64,000 bases of DNA from a virus (IMGVR_UViG_3300018080_000112:64001-128000), one strand, 5' to 3'. Shown: positions 27,715 through 39,300, counted from the stretch's first letter. Notes: generated by a model from the sequence alone, not told the origin. Made by a program: numbers and translations.

Positions 27715-28623
27715 TTACCACTCTGTTTTCTCTTCTCTCCGTCGCATGGACTCTTTCAACTTGCGTCGCTTCTCTTCCCGCTCTTGTTCTTCCTCTGACA
27801 ACGTCATACCGTCCACAGCTAACGGACCATCATGGAAACCTGGAATCCCGCCGGAAACTAGGGAAGCACTGTCAAACTCCGCATCATCGATCCTTGTGAA
27901 ATCTTCCAGCACGGACGTGAATTCAGGATTGATCTCATGAGAATCATCCCTTGGACAGTGTTGCGGGGGTCCATCCGCTGTTTCCCCGATAACCTCGAAG
28001 AATCGCTGTTCCGTAACACAGAAGACCTCATATTTGGTCATTTCTGTGCTTTTCTTGATCCTGCCAGACATGCCGACCCCAACACCCGGCGACCCCAGAG
28101 AAAAATCGGGTGGTCTGGATGGGTCAGATGTACCTGATTTTATCGTTACAGCGCCTGTTGTACCGCCTCCGAAGTGACCACCACGACCCGCACTGGCTCG
28201 CAGTGCGCTACTTGTTTCAAAGTTAGGAAGAGACGTTTTTGGTGCTGGTATGTGCGATTCCTCCAGCCCCTGTTCTCCCACTTTAGTCCACTTGCCTTTG
28301 GCGAAAATATACAAGAGACCCGCACTTGTATCCATGCACAAAGACCCTTCTTCGGCATCATCAGGGAACTCTCCTGTACCTTTTGCAATCTCCACAGACA
28401 CACGGCGTGTTCCTAGTGGTGCAAATGGTCTCGCTTCCGGGTCAAAAAGCGCGTCCTCATCTTCCTCTTCATCAAAAGGAAATCCGCGCTCTTCATCCAC
28501 CATAACGACCTGGATGGCTCTTCTCTCCTCTTTCGCCCTTTTCTCTCGTTCTTTTCGTCTCTTCATGATTCTCTCAATTGTAGCTTGCGCAAACGGATTT
28601 GGTTTCTTTCCTGTGCTCACCAC
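27715..28623 (-). CDS. hypothetical protein with shared C-terminal REExxW tag
   Basis: Ends KRRKLKESMRRREEKTEW. Confidence 0.7.
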   Translation of the reverse strand: MVSTGKKPNPFAQATIERIMKRRKEREKRAKEERRAIQVVMVDEERGFPFDEEEDEDALFDPEARPFAPLGTRRVSVEIAKGTGEFPDDAEEGSLCMDTSAGLLYIFAKGKWTKVGEQGLEESHIPAPKTSLPNFETSSALRASAGRGGHFGGGTTGAVTIKSGTSDPSRPPDFSLGSPGVGVGMSGRIKKSTEMTKYEVFCVTEQRFFEVIGETADGPPQHCPRDDSHEINPEFTSVLEDFTRIDDAEFDSASLVSGGIPGFHDGPLAVDGMTLSEEEQEREEKRRKLKESMRRREEKTEW

Positions 28624-30449
28624 TCTGAATCTTCTTCGCGTCGCTTAATTGACGCCTTCAACAAGCGCTTCTTCTTTTGTTCCTCTGTCTCTTGTGTAGA
28701 CCAGTCAACACCGACGTGAGCTTGACTCCCGTCTATCATACGAACAAGGTCCGTCATATCAGCAAGCGGAACATCAAAGGAGTTGTTTTTGATCGGCGGT
28801 AACCCTTCCGCTTCCCGAATCTCGTTGATCGTTCGAACATCTTGACCATATCTGTCCATGTATTGCCCCCACAGAACTTCGTCTTGTTGTGTTGGAGCGG
28901 GAACTGTAACAAATGCTTCGCCATACCTCTCCTGTTGTTTCTCGTGCTTCTCCAGTATTTTCATCTGTTCAGGAGTAAAAAACGACGCTGGTACAATAGG
29001 TTTTTTCTCTTCTTCCTTGCGCAAACCAGAGGTCTCTTTCGCCTGTTCTGGAGTAAAAAAGGATTCCGAGCCACTGTGTAAAATATCTCCCCACACATCT
29101 ACAATAGGCTTTTCACTACTTGGTGTCAGTCCCCCCACAACGGGGTCAAGGCGCACAAAATCACGAACAACTTGATTCAACCGGTCTAATTCTTGCGCCG
29201 ACAAATCACCAGAGAACACAACTTCCATCCTTCCGGTGGTCTCATATACACGAATCAAAACAGGCTTAGGAACACCAGCCTCCACAATCTTTTTTCGCAA
29301 AAGCGCTTGATCAATGATTGTGCTTCGAGGAACCTTATAGTCATAAGAGCGCCTTCTCACCGGGCTTTCTTCCTTGAAAGCATCAAGAAATTTTTCCGCT
29401 TCCGGCGTCTCAAAGAAATCACGTGCTTCTTCTATTGTCTTGAAGACACGAACCTCACCCGGCTTGCCAAGCTGCACTGCGCTTCCTGCAGCAACTGGAA
29501 CTCTGGTTCCATCCTCTTGCTCAATGGTCATCGTTACCGGGTCAAACGAACCCGGTATCACCTCAGAACTCATCACGGACTCACCGGGATTCAAGGACTC
29601 AGAAACCCGTATAGGTCCCGTGGGATGTGTCGGAGAATGTCGCCAAGGATCGTCTGGTCCCACTGTACTATCCTCCTGGTTTGGGTCTCCCGCGTTGGTT
29701 CGATCATCATCCTCAAAGAAAACAGGACGACCTTGAACCTCTGACTGGAACTCTGGTTCGGAAGAATGCGCACGTTTCCGCATGCCGGTCACCATTTCCG
29801 CGTGTCTCTCATTCGGTGACTCTGTCTTGATCATACTGGACTGGATTGCAAAAGCTTGCGCCATAGCCGCGTGGTCAATCTCCATGTGATCGATGTTCAA
29901 TTGACCCTTGTAACCGGGCGGAACAAACTCAAGAGCCTCTGCACGTGGAAAAGAAATCGGGTGTATGAACTCTTTTTGTGTTCCGAGAAATTTGACCGTT
30001 TGGGTGGTCTTCTCTTTTCTCCGCTCCATTCGTGACTTTACTGCGTTCTTTACAGCGGGAACAGCGTGCTTCATATCCACCCACCCAAAGACAGCGTCCT
30101 TCGTCCACATCGTTTCTGTGTTCTCATCGAAGTACTGTGTGCCTTGCGGAGCATCTGACGGCACTTGCTCCCGTCCCTCGAACCCTCGACCTATGTAGAA
30201 CGGACTCTCGTCTTTTGTGCCACTTATCAGCGCTCCTGGAAGAGCTTTTGTCTCCGTCATTTCCTTGATCAAATTGTCCACCTTGGAAACATCCTCTGAC
30301 GAATCTGTGGGCGCAACCCCCACGCCACGAGACTCAAAGTGTTTACTCGTGGGGATCTCCGGGCTGTCTTGTTTTCTCCTCTTCTTCATGGGAAGCAACT
30401 CCTTTGCCTTCGCCAGTAACATCCGCAGTGCGACACTTACATCAGCCAT
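28617..30449 (-). CDS. mosaic hypothetical protein with shared C-terminal tag
   Basis: Ends KKRLLKASIKRREEDSEW; contains TINEIREAEGLPPI. Confidence 0.7.
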   Translation of the reverse strand: MADVSVALRMLLAKAKELLPMKKRRKQDSPEIPTSKHFESRGVGVAPTDSSEDVSKVDNLIKEMTETKALPGALISGTKDESPFYIGRGFEGREQVPSDAPQGTQYFDENTETMWTKDAVFGWVDMKHAVPAVKNAVKSRMERRKEKTTQTVKFLGTQKEFIHPISFPRAEALEFVPPGYKGQLNIDHMEIDHAAMAQAFAIQSSMIKTESPNERHAEMVTGMRKRAHSSEPEFQSEVQGRPVFFEDDDRTNAGDPNQEDSTVGPDDPWRHSPTHPTGPIRVSESLNPGESVMSSEVIPGSFDPVTMTIEQEDGTRVPVAAGSAVQLGKPGEVRVFKTIEEARDFFETPEAEKFLDAFKEESPVRRRSYDYKVPRSTIIDQALLRKKIVEAGVPKPVLIRVYETTGRMEVVFSGDLSAQELDRLNQVVRDFVRLDPVVGGLTPSSEKPIVDVWGDILHSGSESFFTPEQAKETSGLRKEEEKKPIVPASFFTPEQMKILEKHEKQQERYGEAFVTVPAPTQQDEVLWGQYMDRYGQDVRTINEIREAEGLPPIKNNSFDVPLADMTDLVRMIDGSQAHVGVDWSTQETEEQKKKRLLKASIKRREEDSEW

Positions 30450-31710
30450 CTTTGATCCCGGATTGTTGTGCTTCCACTAGAATCTCTTTTCCTAGCGGAA
30501 CAAGGTCTTTCGGCTCGAACCCATCTAAGGAAACAAAACCCGAACACAAAACAGAATCCAGTATCTCTTCAGGAGATTGCTCGGAAGATAGTTGTACCCG
30601 AACAGGAGTAGACGAAAAGCGATCTGTATCCTTATCAGGCGATAGTAGCTCAACATATACGGCTCCTTTCTGGTAGAAGGCATCCATGGCTCTGTTTATA
30701 GCCGACCGGAGCACCTTCACAGAGTCTGGTTGCACCAGCACAATATTACCTGATGCACGAGCCGCCATTGATTCAATTGTTGGATCTTGTATGCTGTCAA
30801 CGTATCTCAGATTCCCATCGATACCGATCCGATACTTCACAAAAACGGGCGATGTTGGTAAGTAGTAGAACTCCAGGTCAACCGCTTTTTTCGTCTCTGT
30901 ACTTGCTGCAGATTTGCTTGTTGGCGCTGTCTTAATCGACACCGTCCAGACACCGCGTTGTTGTTTGATCTCGTGGGGGTGTTGTTGCCACGGTTGTCCC
31001 GGTATCAAGACCTTTGTTCCAGATACATAGGTGATTTGTGGCATGTGTATGTGACCGGAGATCACCAGGTCAAAACCACGGACCCACTTCTTTGAGATAA
31101 TCGAGCTTTCTCGAATCACGATCCCCTCGTGATCTACAAGCTCATCCTTGGCGAGACTATCCACCGGAACATTGTGCTCATTGAGAACAGAGCCAGACAC
31201 CATTCCATGCGTCACACAGATGGTTGGTTGACCTTCTGTAAGCGCATAAGGCTTGAACCATTCTTTCTTGAACTGGTCTCGATAGGGAACGGCACACACC
31301 GAAATCTTTTGACCATCCGCCAGCCGCCAATCAATCACTTCCGGTTCATGGGCAACCTGGAAACCAGGAAGGTCTGCAAAAATCTGAAGCGCATGCTGTT
31401 CGCCAGAGCGGACCACAAAATCGTGGTTACCCGGTACGAGTAACACATTCAAGCCAGCATCTGACCACTTCCGAAACTCTGCATAAACCGCATTGAACAC
31501 ATTGATTGTCACCTTGCTCTTTGCATCAAATACGTCACCCGAGATCACTACATTCTTGATCCTGAGTTGTTCAGAGAGTTGGAGGACCCCGTCAAGGCTA
31601 TCAAGAGCCGTTTTAAGGCGCGAATTAATTCCGTTGATAAGACGACCATACCGCTTATGGTTGTGTGCGTGTATATCGCTGATAACGATAAATTCAACCG
31701 ATGTTGTCAT
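30442..31710 (-). CDS. sbcD: SbcD/Mre11 (T4 gp47-like) nuclease
   Basis: Metallophosphoesterase motifs SDIH, GDVFD, PGNHD, THG, GHIH. Confidence 0.9.
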   Translation of the reverse strand: MTTSVEFIVISDIHAHNHKRYGRLINGINSRLKTALDSLDGVLQLSEQLRIKNVVISGDVFDAKSKVTINVFNAVYAEFRKWSDAGLNVLLVPGNHDFVVRSGEQHALQIFADLPGFQVAHEPEVIDWRLADGQKISVCAVPYRDQFKKEWFKPYALTEGQPTICVTHGMVSGSVLNEHNVPVDSLAKDELVDHEGIVIRESSIISKKWVRGFDLVISGHIHMPQITYVSGTKVLIPGQPWQQHPHEIKQQRGVWTVSIKTAPTSKSAASTETKKAVDLEFYYLPTSPVFVKYRIGIDGNLRYVDSIQDPTIESMAARASGNIVLVQPDSVKVLRSAINRAMDAFYQKGAVYVELLSPDKDTDRFSSTPVRVQLSSEQSPEEILDSVLCSGFVSLDGFEPKDLVPLGKEILVEAQQSGIKDG

Positions 31711-32227
31711 GTTCGTCTCCCAGATATTTCAAGGATTCTTCTGTTACCAGATAATTCCAGCGCTTTGATGGGATCTGTTGAGAGGGGTCGTCAAGAACAA
31801 GGACCTCCGCCGGATAACCAGCATACCGACACTTCCAGTCAAGTAACTCCTTCAAAAAGAATTCAACAATCGAACCCTTGTTATAAGCGACCACTATCTT
31901 ATCCAGAGTAACCAGCGGATCATTCTTGAGAAAGAGACCCACACCGATCTGACAAATGGATTGTTTTGGGAAAGCAAGCCCGGATCGAATCAACCGAAAC
32001 AGATACACAGCGGCTCTCTCAATATCCGTACTCGGTTCATTCTCTTGTAGCTCTCGCCAGCCGTGCGAGATATCCGATTTCCGCTTTGCAAGATCTTCCG
32101 CATCTCGACCAATTTCATACCGAGACGTTCCTTTTGGATAAACCTTGACCTGTTCAACATAGGTTCTGTGCCCCACGTCAACCCCCGTTGTGCTCCTGTT
32201 CCAGCTTGCATATAATAGAACTCTCAT
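31694..32227 (-). CDS. hypothetical protein
   Basis: AGGAG RBS before MRVLL; motif B element upstream. Confidence 0.6.
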   Translation of the reverse strand: MRVLLYASWNRSTTGVDVGHRTYVEQVKVYPKGTSRYEIGRDAEDLAKRKSDISHGWRELQENEPSTDIERAAVYLFRLIRSGLAFPKQSICQIGVGLFLKNDPLVTLDKIVVAYNKGSIVEFFLKELLDWKCRYAGYPAEVLVLDDPSQQIPSKRWNYLVTEESLKYLGDEHDNIG

Positions 32228-32421
32228 TCGTTTCTCCTTTTGCCTCTTACCACTCCCTACTAGAGACACACTTTTTGTCAAAAGCGTACCACTAGAGAAA
32301 AGAAAAGTATCAAATCAAGACTGTTGACTCTTTCCGATCACTTCTTTTTCAAGGCTGTTGACTTAGAGATGGTTTGAGAGGGGCTGTTGACTGGAATGAT
32401 AATCAGGTCAAGTGTTAGGTC

Positions 32422-33564
32422 CTAACCTTTCTTTTTCTTCTTTCCCGTCTCTTTCGGGTCTGGTGCTTGCGGGATCTTGTCACTTCCAGGAAGTTCCGGC
32501 ATCGTGGGTTTGGGCTTGCCTGCAGGGATCACTTGTGTCGCCCGTTGTTCCTCCATCTTTCGCAGAACGTCCGCCTTCAACGCCTCGAATCGTTCCTCAT
32601 TCTCTCGAAGTTCAATGACAACATTATCTTTGCCTTGACCCAATGCTTTCGCGCCATACTGATACCAGGACCCTTTCTTTTCGATGATACCGAAATCCAC
32701 GGCACAATCCATGATTTCGCGGTAAGGGTCAAAACCACGACCAAAAATCAAGTCAATCTCCGCTTGCGCAAAGGGCGGAGCGAGCTTGTTCTTGACTACC
32801 TTCACCCGTACCGTGTTCCCAAGAACATCTTCGCCTTTCTTGAGTGTGGCGATACGCCGGATATCCAGCCGTACAGATGCATAAAACTTCAAAGCATTTC
32901 CGCCGGTAGTGGTCTCTGGATTTCCGAACATGACACCAATCTTCTGGCGAAGTTGGTTGATAAAGATCACCGTTGTCTTTGTCTTGCCTATGATGCTTGT
33001 CAGCTTCCGCAAAGCTTGACTCATCAGGCGAGCTTGTAGCCCCATGTGACTGTCGCCCATATCACCTTCGATCTCGGCTCGCGGAACGAGCGCCGCCACA
33101 GAATCAACCACAGCAAGATCAAATCCGCCGCTACTCACCACGATATCCAGGATCTCCAGCGCTTGTTCTCCATGGTCTGGTTGAGCCAGATACAAGGCAT
33201 CTGTGTCAACGCCAAGGTTCTGAGCATACGCCAGATCAAGCGCATGTTCCGCATCGATAAAAGCGCACGCGCCGCCACGTTTCTGAATCTCTGCGATTGC
33301 ATGCAGTGTCATTGTGGTCTTGCCACCGGACTCAGGTCCGTATATCTCGATTACCCGTCCCCTTGGATAACCACCGACACCCAACGCGATATCGAGCTTC
33401 ATGCTTCCCGTGGGGAATGTATCAACGACCTGAACGGGCGCATCACCCAATTGTTGAATCGCACCCTTTCCGTACTGTTTCTCGATTAGATTCACCGCCG
33501 CCTGACGAGCTTTTTCTCTCGGATCTTTTGGTTCCTCTTTCGGGTCTTTCGTCTCTTTTCCCAT
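32422..33564 (-). CDS. recA: RecA recombinase (bacterial type)
   Basis: [50 protein letters not shown]. Confidence 0.97.
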   Translation of the reverse strand: MGKETKDPKEEPKDPREKARQAAVNLIEKQYGKGAIQQLGDAPVQVVDTFPTGSMKLDIALGVGGYPRGRVIEIYGPESGGKTTMTLHAIAEIQKRGGACAFIDAEHALDLAYAQNLGVDTDALYLAQPDHGEQALEILDIVVSSGGFDLAVVDSVAALVPRAEIEGDMGDSHMGLQARLMSQALRKLTSIIGKTKTTVIFINQLRQKIGVMFGNPETTTGGNALKFYASVRLDIRRIATLKKGEDVLGNTVRVKVVKNKLAPPFAQAEIDLIFGRGFDPYREIMDCAVDFGIIEKKGSWYQYGAKALGQGKDNVVIELRENEERFEALKADVLRKMEEQRATQVIPAGKPKPTMPELPGSDKIPQAPDPKETGKKKKKG

Positions 33565-33699
33565 GGATCATGTTCTCCTAAAAAAAACCGATGCTCTCCC
33601 CTTCCTCCAATGACACACTACACAAGTCGATATGGTAAAGGAGAAAGAGAAAGGGGAGAGAACCGGCGGGATTATGGTAGGTGGAAACTGGTGTGATTG

Positions 33700-34926
33700 T
33701 TAACCCTGTTCGGCTTGCTTCTCCAGGTATGCCTCGACATCATCGACACTTTTGGGTTTCTCTTCTGCAGGAGCCTCCGAAGCGGGTGCCGCTTGTGGTG
33801 CGGGTGTCGGCGCAGGTTTGCCGGGTGCAGGCTTACCAGGGGCTGGCTTACCGGGTGTAGGCGCGGTCTCCGCCTCCATAGCCGGACCCTTGAACCACTT
33901 GAGACCAGTCACGGCGCGGAACGTGGCCGCACAGTGCGGAACAAGCGCACAATCGAAACAGAATTGCTCTTTGGGATCTGGTTCCTGGCTGTAACACCAT
34001 GGAACATCATCCTCTTTGGTGAAACCAGCCACACCATTCTGAACAAGCTGTTCCTTGCTCATCACCGCGCCGCCAGTGATCAACTGTTCGAACGCCTCCG
34101 GGTTGAGTCCAGGGGCGGGAGGAGGCGCGGAGTGTTCCGGCAACGCACCAGCCGAAGGAGCCGAACCAGGAAGGCTATTCTGGGAGTTGGTGTCTTCGCC
34201 GTAGTAGAGCGCCCGTGTCTCATCATAGGTGTTGCTCTTCCACATGCGATGCTCATCCAGGTTCCCCTCACCACCCATGTACTTTTCCAGGGTCTCCATC
34301 TCGCTCTTCTCGGGAAAGACGGGACACTTTTCCGGGATAGGGAGGAAGCTGTACGTGGTGTTGAGACCTTCGCCGGTACGAGACATCTCCAGGTCATAAC
34401 CTTCGAAGGGGTCCGTCACATCACCCCAATGAGCGCTTGCGAACAGGTCCAGCATCTTCTCATGAGCCATCCAGCCGATAGACAAGAACTTGATCTTCGC
34501 TTCGCCGATCAACTCTTGCTTCTCCTGAACCTCTTTGTCAGTCGCCTTGAAGACAGGGTCATCACGGTCGATCACCTGGTACACAAAACGGCGGTTGGGT
34601 TTGAGCTTCTTCGAACGAGACGCATCATCAGGGTGACCCGTTTCAGCAAGCTGTTCGCGCTGTTCGCAGACAAAGCACTTGTCTTCTCGCAACTGCGCTG
34701 GACAGTTCGCCCGTTTGCCGCCGGTGAGGTCCCAATGCTGATACACCTTCTTATAAGGCAACTCCGCGTTTGGACCTTCAGCGGTCCAGGGGGGGAGAAT
34801 CCGGATACGGTAGGTGATACCGTTCTTGGGGGTCAAAAAGACCGCCGGAGTTCGCGACCCTTTGATAGGGGCGTCTGTGGTTTTCTGTTCTTTCGTCTTC
34901 TCTGTGTTTACTTTCACAAATCCCAT
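33700..34926 (-). CDS. single-stranded DNA-binding protein (T4 gp32-like)
   Basis: IRILPP, CP..CFVCE, FVYQVIDRDD, DVTDP.EGYD, acidic tail; adjacent to recA. Confidence 0.75.
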   Translation of the reverse strand: MGFVKVNTEKTKEQKTTDAPIKGSRTPAVFLTPKNGITYRIRILPPWTAEGPNAELPYKKVYQHWDLTGGKRANCPAQLREDKCFVCEQREQLAETGHPDDASRSKKLKPNRRFVYQVIDRDDPVFKATDKEVQEKQELIGEAKIKFLSIGWMAHEKMLDLFASAHWGDVTDPFEGYDLEMSRTGEGLNTTYSFLPIPEKCPVFPEKSEMETLEKYMGGEGNLDEHRMWKSNTYDETRALYYGEDTNSQNSLPGSAPSAGALPEHSAPPPAPGLNPEAFEQLITGGAVMSKEQLVQNGVAGFTKEDDVPWCYSQEPDPKEQFCFDCALVPHCAATFRAVTGLKWFKGPAMEAETAPTPGKPAPGKPAPGKPAPTPAPQAAPASEAPAEEKPKSVDDVEAYLEKQAEQG

Positions 34927-35053
34927 CGGTTTGTTTTCCTTTTGTTTCCCTAAAGGCAACGCCTTTTCGGTTCCTTTTGAGTTCCTTTTTACTTCCCGCG
35001 ATCAAAGTTGTTCTTGACCTATCATAGTTGTGGGGAACACGACTTTCCCACGA

Positions 35054-35695
35054 CTATCGCCGTGGTTTTCCTAATGGCAACGATCTTGTTTGGTGGTAGT
35101 CTGTCTCTTCCTGTGGGGTTTCACCTCCTTTTTGACTCTCTTTCCGCAATCTCAGCTTCTCGTTGTGAATATCCGAAAGTTTTCGAGACTGCGACGTTAG
35201 CTCTCTCAACTTTTGCTCTGACCTCTCTTCCATCTGGCGGATCATGGGATTCAAGTTACCGATCTCCGACCGCTCCTGAGCGCCGACCGAGATCAACATC
35301 TTAGATCGTTCGGAAAAGGATTCTGCTGCAACCCGACAAAGGTCCGCTTCCAGCTTAATGTCAAGAACAGCATCCCGCATCCCTTGAACACGGTCGTCCT
35401 CATCCACTTCCATCTCGATAACCTTCATCGCAACTTTGTCGCCCTGTTTCTTGTAACGGTTCTGGATCTCTCTGAAAATCTCCGCCTCCAGCTTTTTGAG
35501 TTCCATCTTCGCCTTCGCCAGCTTCTTCTTTGAGTAAGCTGAAATCGCGCCATAGTACGCGAACATTCCGGGCTGTTCACACATCTGGTGTGTGAGATTC
35601 TCAGAGTCAATCCCGCAAGCTTCGATCCACTCGTTTGCTTGTTGCACAAACGCCGTGAGATCCATTTCCATTTCGCCAGTGAGTTTGAGTTTCAT
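35054..35695 (-). CDS. UvsY-like recombination mediator
   Basis: Helical/coiled-coil protein next to ssb and recA; inferred from pattern and synteny. Confidence 0.55.
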   Translation of the reverse strand: MKLKLTGEMEMDLTAFVQQANEWIEACGIDSENLTHQMCEQPGMFAYYGAISAYSKKKLAKAKMELKKLEAEIFREIQNRYKKQGDKVAMKVIEMEVDEDDRVQGMRDAVLDIKLEADLCRVAAESFSERSKMLISVGAQERSEIGNLNPMIRQMEERSEQKLRELTSQSRKLSDIHNEKLRLRKESQKGGETPQEETDYHQTRSLPLGKPRR

Positions 35696-35850
35696 TTGAG
35701 ATAACCTCCTTTGGATTGGTCTTGTTAGACCGTCTACCAAACATTCCGGTTTTGGTGTGGCGCAACTTTTGTTTGTTGCGTTTGTTATGTATATAGAGAC
35801 ACATCTTTTGGCGAAACCCTACCACTTTTTTTTCGCCAAAGTGAAAAAAG

Positions 35851-36273
35851 TTATTTCCCCTTTTCAGACGGGAGACTAGGTCGCCCCATGACGGTCGGAG
35901 TACCACTGTCGTCAAGACCTAGCTTCTCATTGTCCGCCTTCCACTTCTTCCAATCGTTTTTGTGCTCCTCTACCATCCCCTTCTTTGTCACCTTTGTTCT
36001 GGTCTTGTTATGCCACTCTTGGTTCGTATTCCGGAAGGTTTCATTCTCGCGGGGGTCCTGTCTGGACTCCATCATCTTTCTAGTGTGATTCATCGAACGC
36101 CGCTTCAACTGCATATCAGTCCGCTCTTTACTCTTGACCCATCCCTTGACCGCTGAGATGCACCGGCGTAACGGCTCACCACAACCACAAACCTGATTGT
36201 CTCGTGTGTCATTGTTCACAAGGCGATCTTCTTTCTTCCCGCAAGCATCGCACTCATATTCGAAAAGTTTCAT
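35851..36273 (-). CDS. FmdB-like zinc-ribbon protein
   Basis: MKLFEYECDACG...CGCG...RRCIS. Confidence 0.7.
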   Translation of the reverse strand: MKLFEYECDACGKKEDRLVNNDTRDNQVCGCGEPLRRCISAVKGWVKSKERTDMQLKRRSMNHTRKMMESRQDPRENETFRNTNQEWHNKTRTKVTKKGMVEEHKNDWKKWKADNEKLGLDDSGTPTVMGRPSLPSEKGK

Positions 36274-36311
36274 GATTGATCTCCATATTGTTGAAAAGTT
36301 AGGTCCTAACC

Positions 36312-39300
36312 TTATGCAGCTTTCGCCAACGTCTCTATGATCTCCGGTGTCAAATCCTTCTTGTCAGACCATGCCATATCTCCGCCAGCCACATACTCAA
36401 AATCCATCACAATGGGTGTTGAGCACCATGGTGCGGCGTCTTCCTCAAAAGCGACCTTAACGATCTGAGCCGACCTCTCCAGGTCCTCTTTGTGTACCAG
36501 GTATTGAATCTCGTCATGGATCGTGTTGATGCATTTAATTCGCAGACCTTCTCGCTTGAATCGTGCATAAGAAAGAGCCAGCCCTTTCTTGTACATATCC
36601 GCCGCCGATCCTTGAATCACGAAATTGGTCAGTTCTCGCTCTATTCCTTTGATGACCTTCATAGGGGTGTCTCGGTCCAGAAGTTCGTAGAACTCTCGTC
36701 TCCGTCCTTGTGCGTTAAGAATAACGCCGGTTCTTCTCGCGTCACGTCTGGTCTTTTCAATCCAGGAGATAACCATGGGTCGCGCCGTCATATATCGCTC
36801 AATGAAATCCTTGCATTCATCTTCTGAAGCATCGATCCCCGGCTCGAAACCGTCACCTTTGAACAGAATATCACTCAGCCCCTTTGGACCGACACCGTAC
36901 ACAATTGAGAAGTTCAACTGTTTTCCGATAGAACGGAGTGTTTTCCGCTCCTTTGCGTCCGCCCGATCCCATCTGTCCCCAAACATCGCCTCCGCAGTTG
37001 CTGCATGAATATCCAGCCCGTGTGCATACCCTTCAACAAGCGATGGCTCCTGACAGTAGTGGGTCAAGATGCGCACTTCGATCTGACTCAAATCAGCAAA
37101 TACCCACACCCAATCCTTTTGTAGTTCCGGCGGGATAATAAAGATACCCTTTACAAGATGCGCCAAACGACCGCGAGAGGGGAAATTCTGCATGTTGGGT
37201 CCGCCACTTGAATTGTGGTTGATAAAACCATGCGCTATGTAACTATGGTCTTCCTCAACCGCAATATCCCAAACATCCTCTATTCCGATTGACTCAATTC
37301 TTTGGATATAATGACCTCTATCTGGTCTAAAACATCCCCCAATGAGGTCAGAACTTCTTTGTCGGTCACACGCAAAAGAAGAAACCCCTTCTCCTGTATA
37401 ATCTTTTCTTTCTTTGCGTCTCGTTCCTTTGTTTTCTTGTCTTTGCGATGGTAATCGCCATCGACTTCCACAAGCAAATTTGCAGACGGAAGAAAGAAAT
37501 CGACCATGTAATTTCGATACAAAATAAACTGACGTTCGTGTGCTATGTTTCTCTCCAAAAGACCGAGTGAAAGAAACAATTCTCCTCGATTTGTTGACCA
37601 ACAAATATGGTCTCGTGGAACCTCGTTCTGTTCTCTTCGATAACGGTGACCATTTGCCAACTCTTTGATGAACCAAAGCTGTTCGTTTACCTTGATAAAT
37701 GCCAGATACAACAACTTGAAAAACTCGTGAGGTTTGTCGTAGTAATTTTTTGTTGCTTCCAGCAACCCTGGTGTCAAAACTTCCAGGCGTTCCAAGTAAA
37801 CCAGATCCGTATCCTGCAACTTGTAAGGGAGCACTCCCGTAGGTTTCTTCAACTCGTGAAATTGTATGTTCTGGCGAACAAACCACTCTGTTGTATCGAA
37901 CTTTCGCGCCAATTCCGAAAGAGACCAGCCATCTCTTAGAGATTTTTCTAACTCCTCCTTTGGAATTACTACCGCTGGTTGTTCCTTTTTTCCGCGCTGA
38001 TTTCCCATCATCGAACGGCGATAATTTAGCCGCTTTGATGACTTGATCAAATCGCCGTACTTTTCTTTGTAGTACTTCTTTGAAGTGTTGATGACGTGAC
38101 GGCTTACGCCGTATCGCCGAACCACTTCGGCATCTGTAATTCCTTCGTTCATTATCAGAACAAAGCTTTCTTCGTCGAATACCTTTCGGCGACCCCTTTC
38201 CACGGAATGTTCCAGAGTAATTACTCGGGGTACAAACTTCTCGTCCTTCTGCGAGTTCATCTAAACGCCTCCATCCCTTTGGCGTCAAAAAGCGATGCCC
38301 CGCTGTACACTTGATAAAAGAACCATTATCAAGTACAACCTTATACATCTCCTCCTGACCCTTATAATATTTATTCACGATTGGTCGATACCGACCTTTG
38401 TGGGTCAGGATAGATACATTCTGATTCTTTGTCAAATCAAGATCTGATATTCTAAATTTTCCCATATTTGTCTCAAGCACCGTGTCCCCCGCAACACACA
38501 GCCGACCGGACTCTGTTCCTACTTGCCGAAAAGAGGCATGAATACAATCGTCCTTCTCCGCTATTCGAGGCAACACGTTCAAGTATTTTGACTTCAGATC
38601 ACGAGCCTTTCGCCACTTGTGGATATGTCCCGCGATCTCGTAGCCTTTCTTGTTCAACCGCATCAGCGAATCACCATCCAGAGAAGGAATCTGTTGGCTA
38701 GGTGGTAACTTCTTTGTTGCTTCTGTCGCCTTGATAATCGGGATCTTCATCTCTTTAAAGAGCGCCGCAACCTGGTCACCACTCCCCAGATTAATATCCC
38801 GCTGGATCATTTCGAAGATCTTCTCTTCCATCTCCTTCATGAGACCGTCAAGCTCAAGGCTGTTCGCGTCAACGCGCTCCCGGCTCACATACAGCCCTTC
38901 TCGCTCCATTTCATACAAGGGGTCAAGCAAGATGTGCTCTGTGATTGCCAGGTCTAACAAAGCTGGTACAGCCGCCACACGAGCCAAATAGTGCGCGGTA
39001 GCAATCCAGGTGAAGAACGTATCTCGTGCAGCATACGCCGCCATAATACTTGTCGTGATGTATTCGTAGTAAGCACGCCCAACCGGGTCTCGATCAGATG
39101 GCTTCTTCCACCGGTTCATGCGACACAACACGGTCACATAGATCTCAAGCAACTTTTCAGCGGTAGCCGCTTCTGGATCTATATCTTCCGCTGCAACAAT
39201 CTTCAAACCAGCCAGCTTGTCCGCGTAGATCAATCGCCGGAGAATCATCCCGTCAAGTGTCGGGTGCGGAGCAATCAGACCGTCATTTGCTCCCATGTGC

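Noticed and set aside
33697-34953. 418-aa plus-strand ORF (and similar antisense ORFs throughout)
   Set aside because: It is the in-register antisense shadow of ssb and has no motifs.
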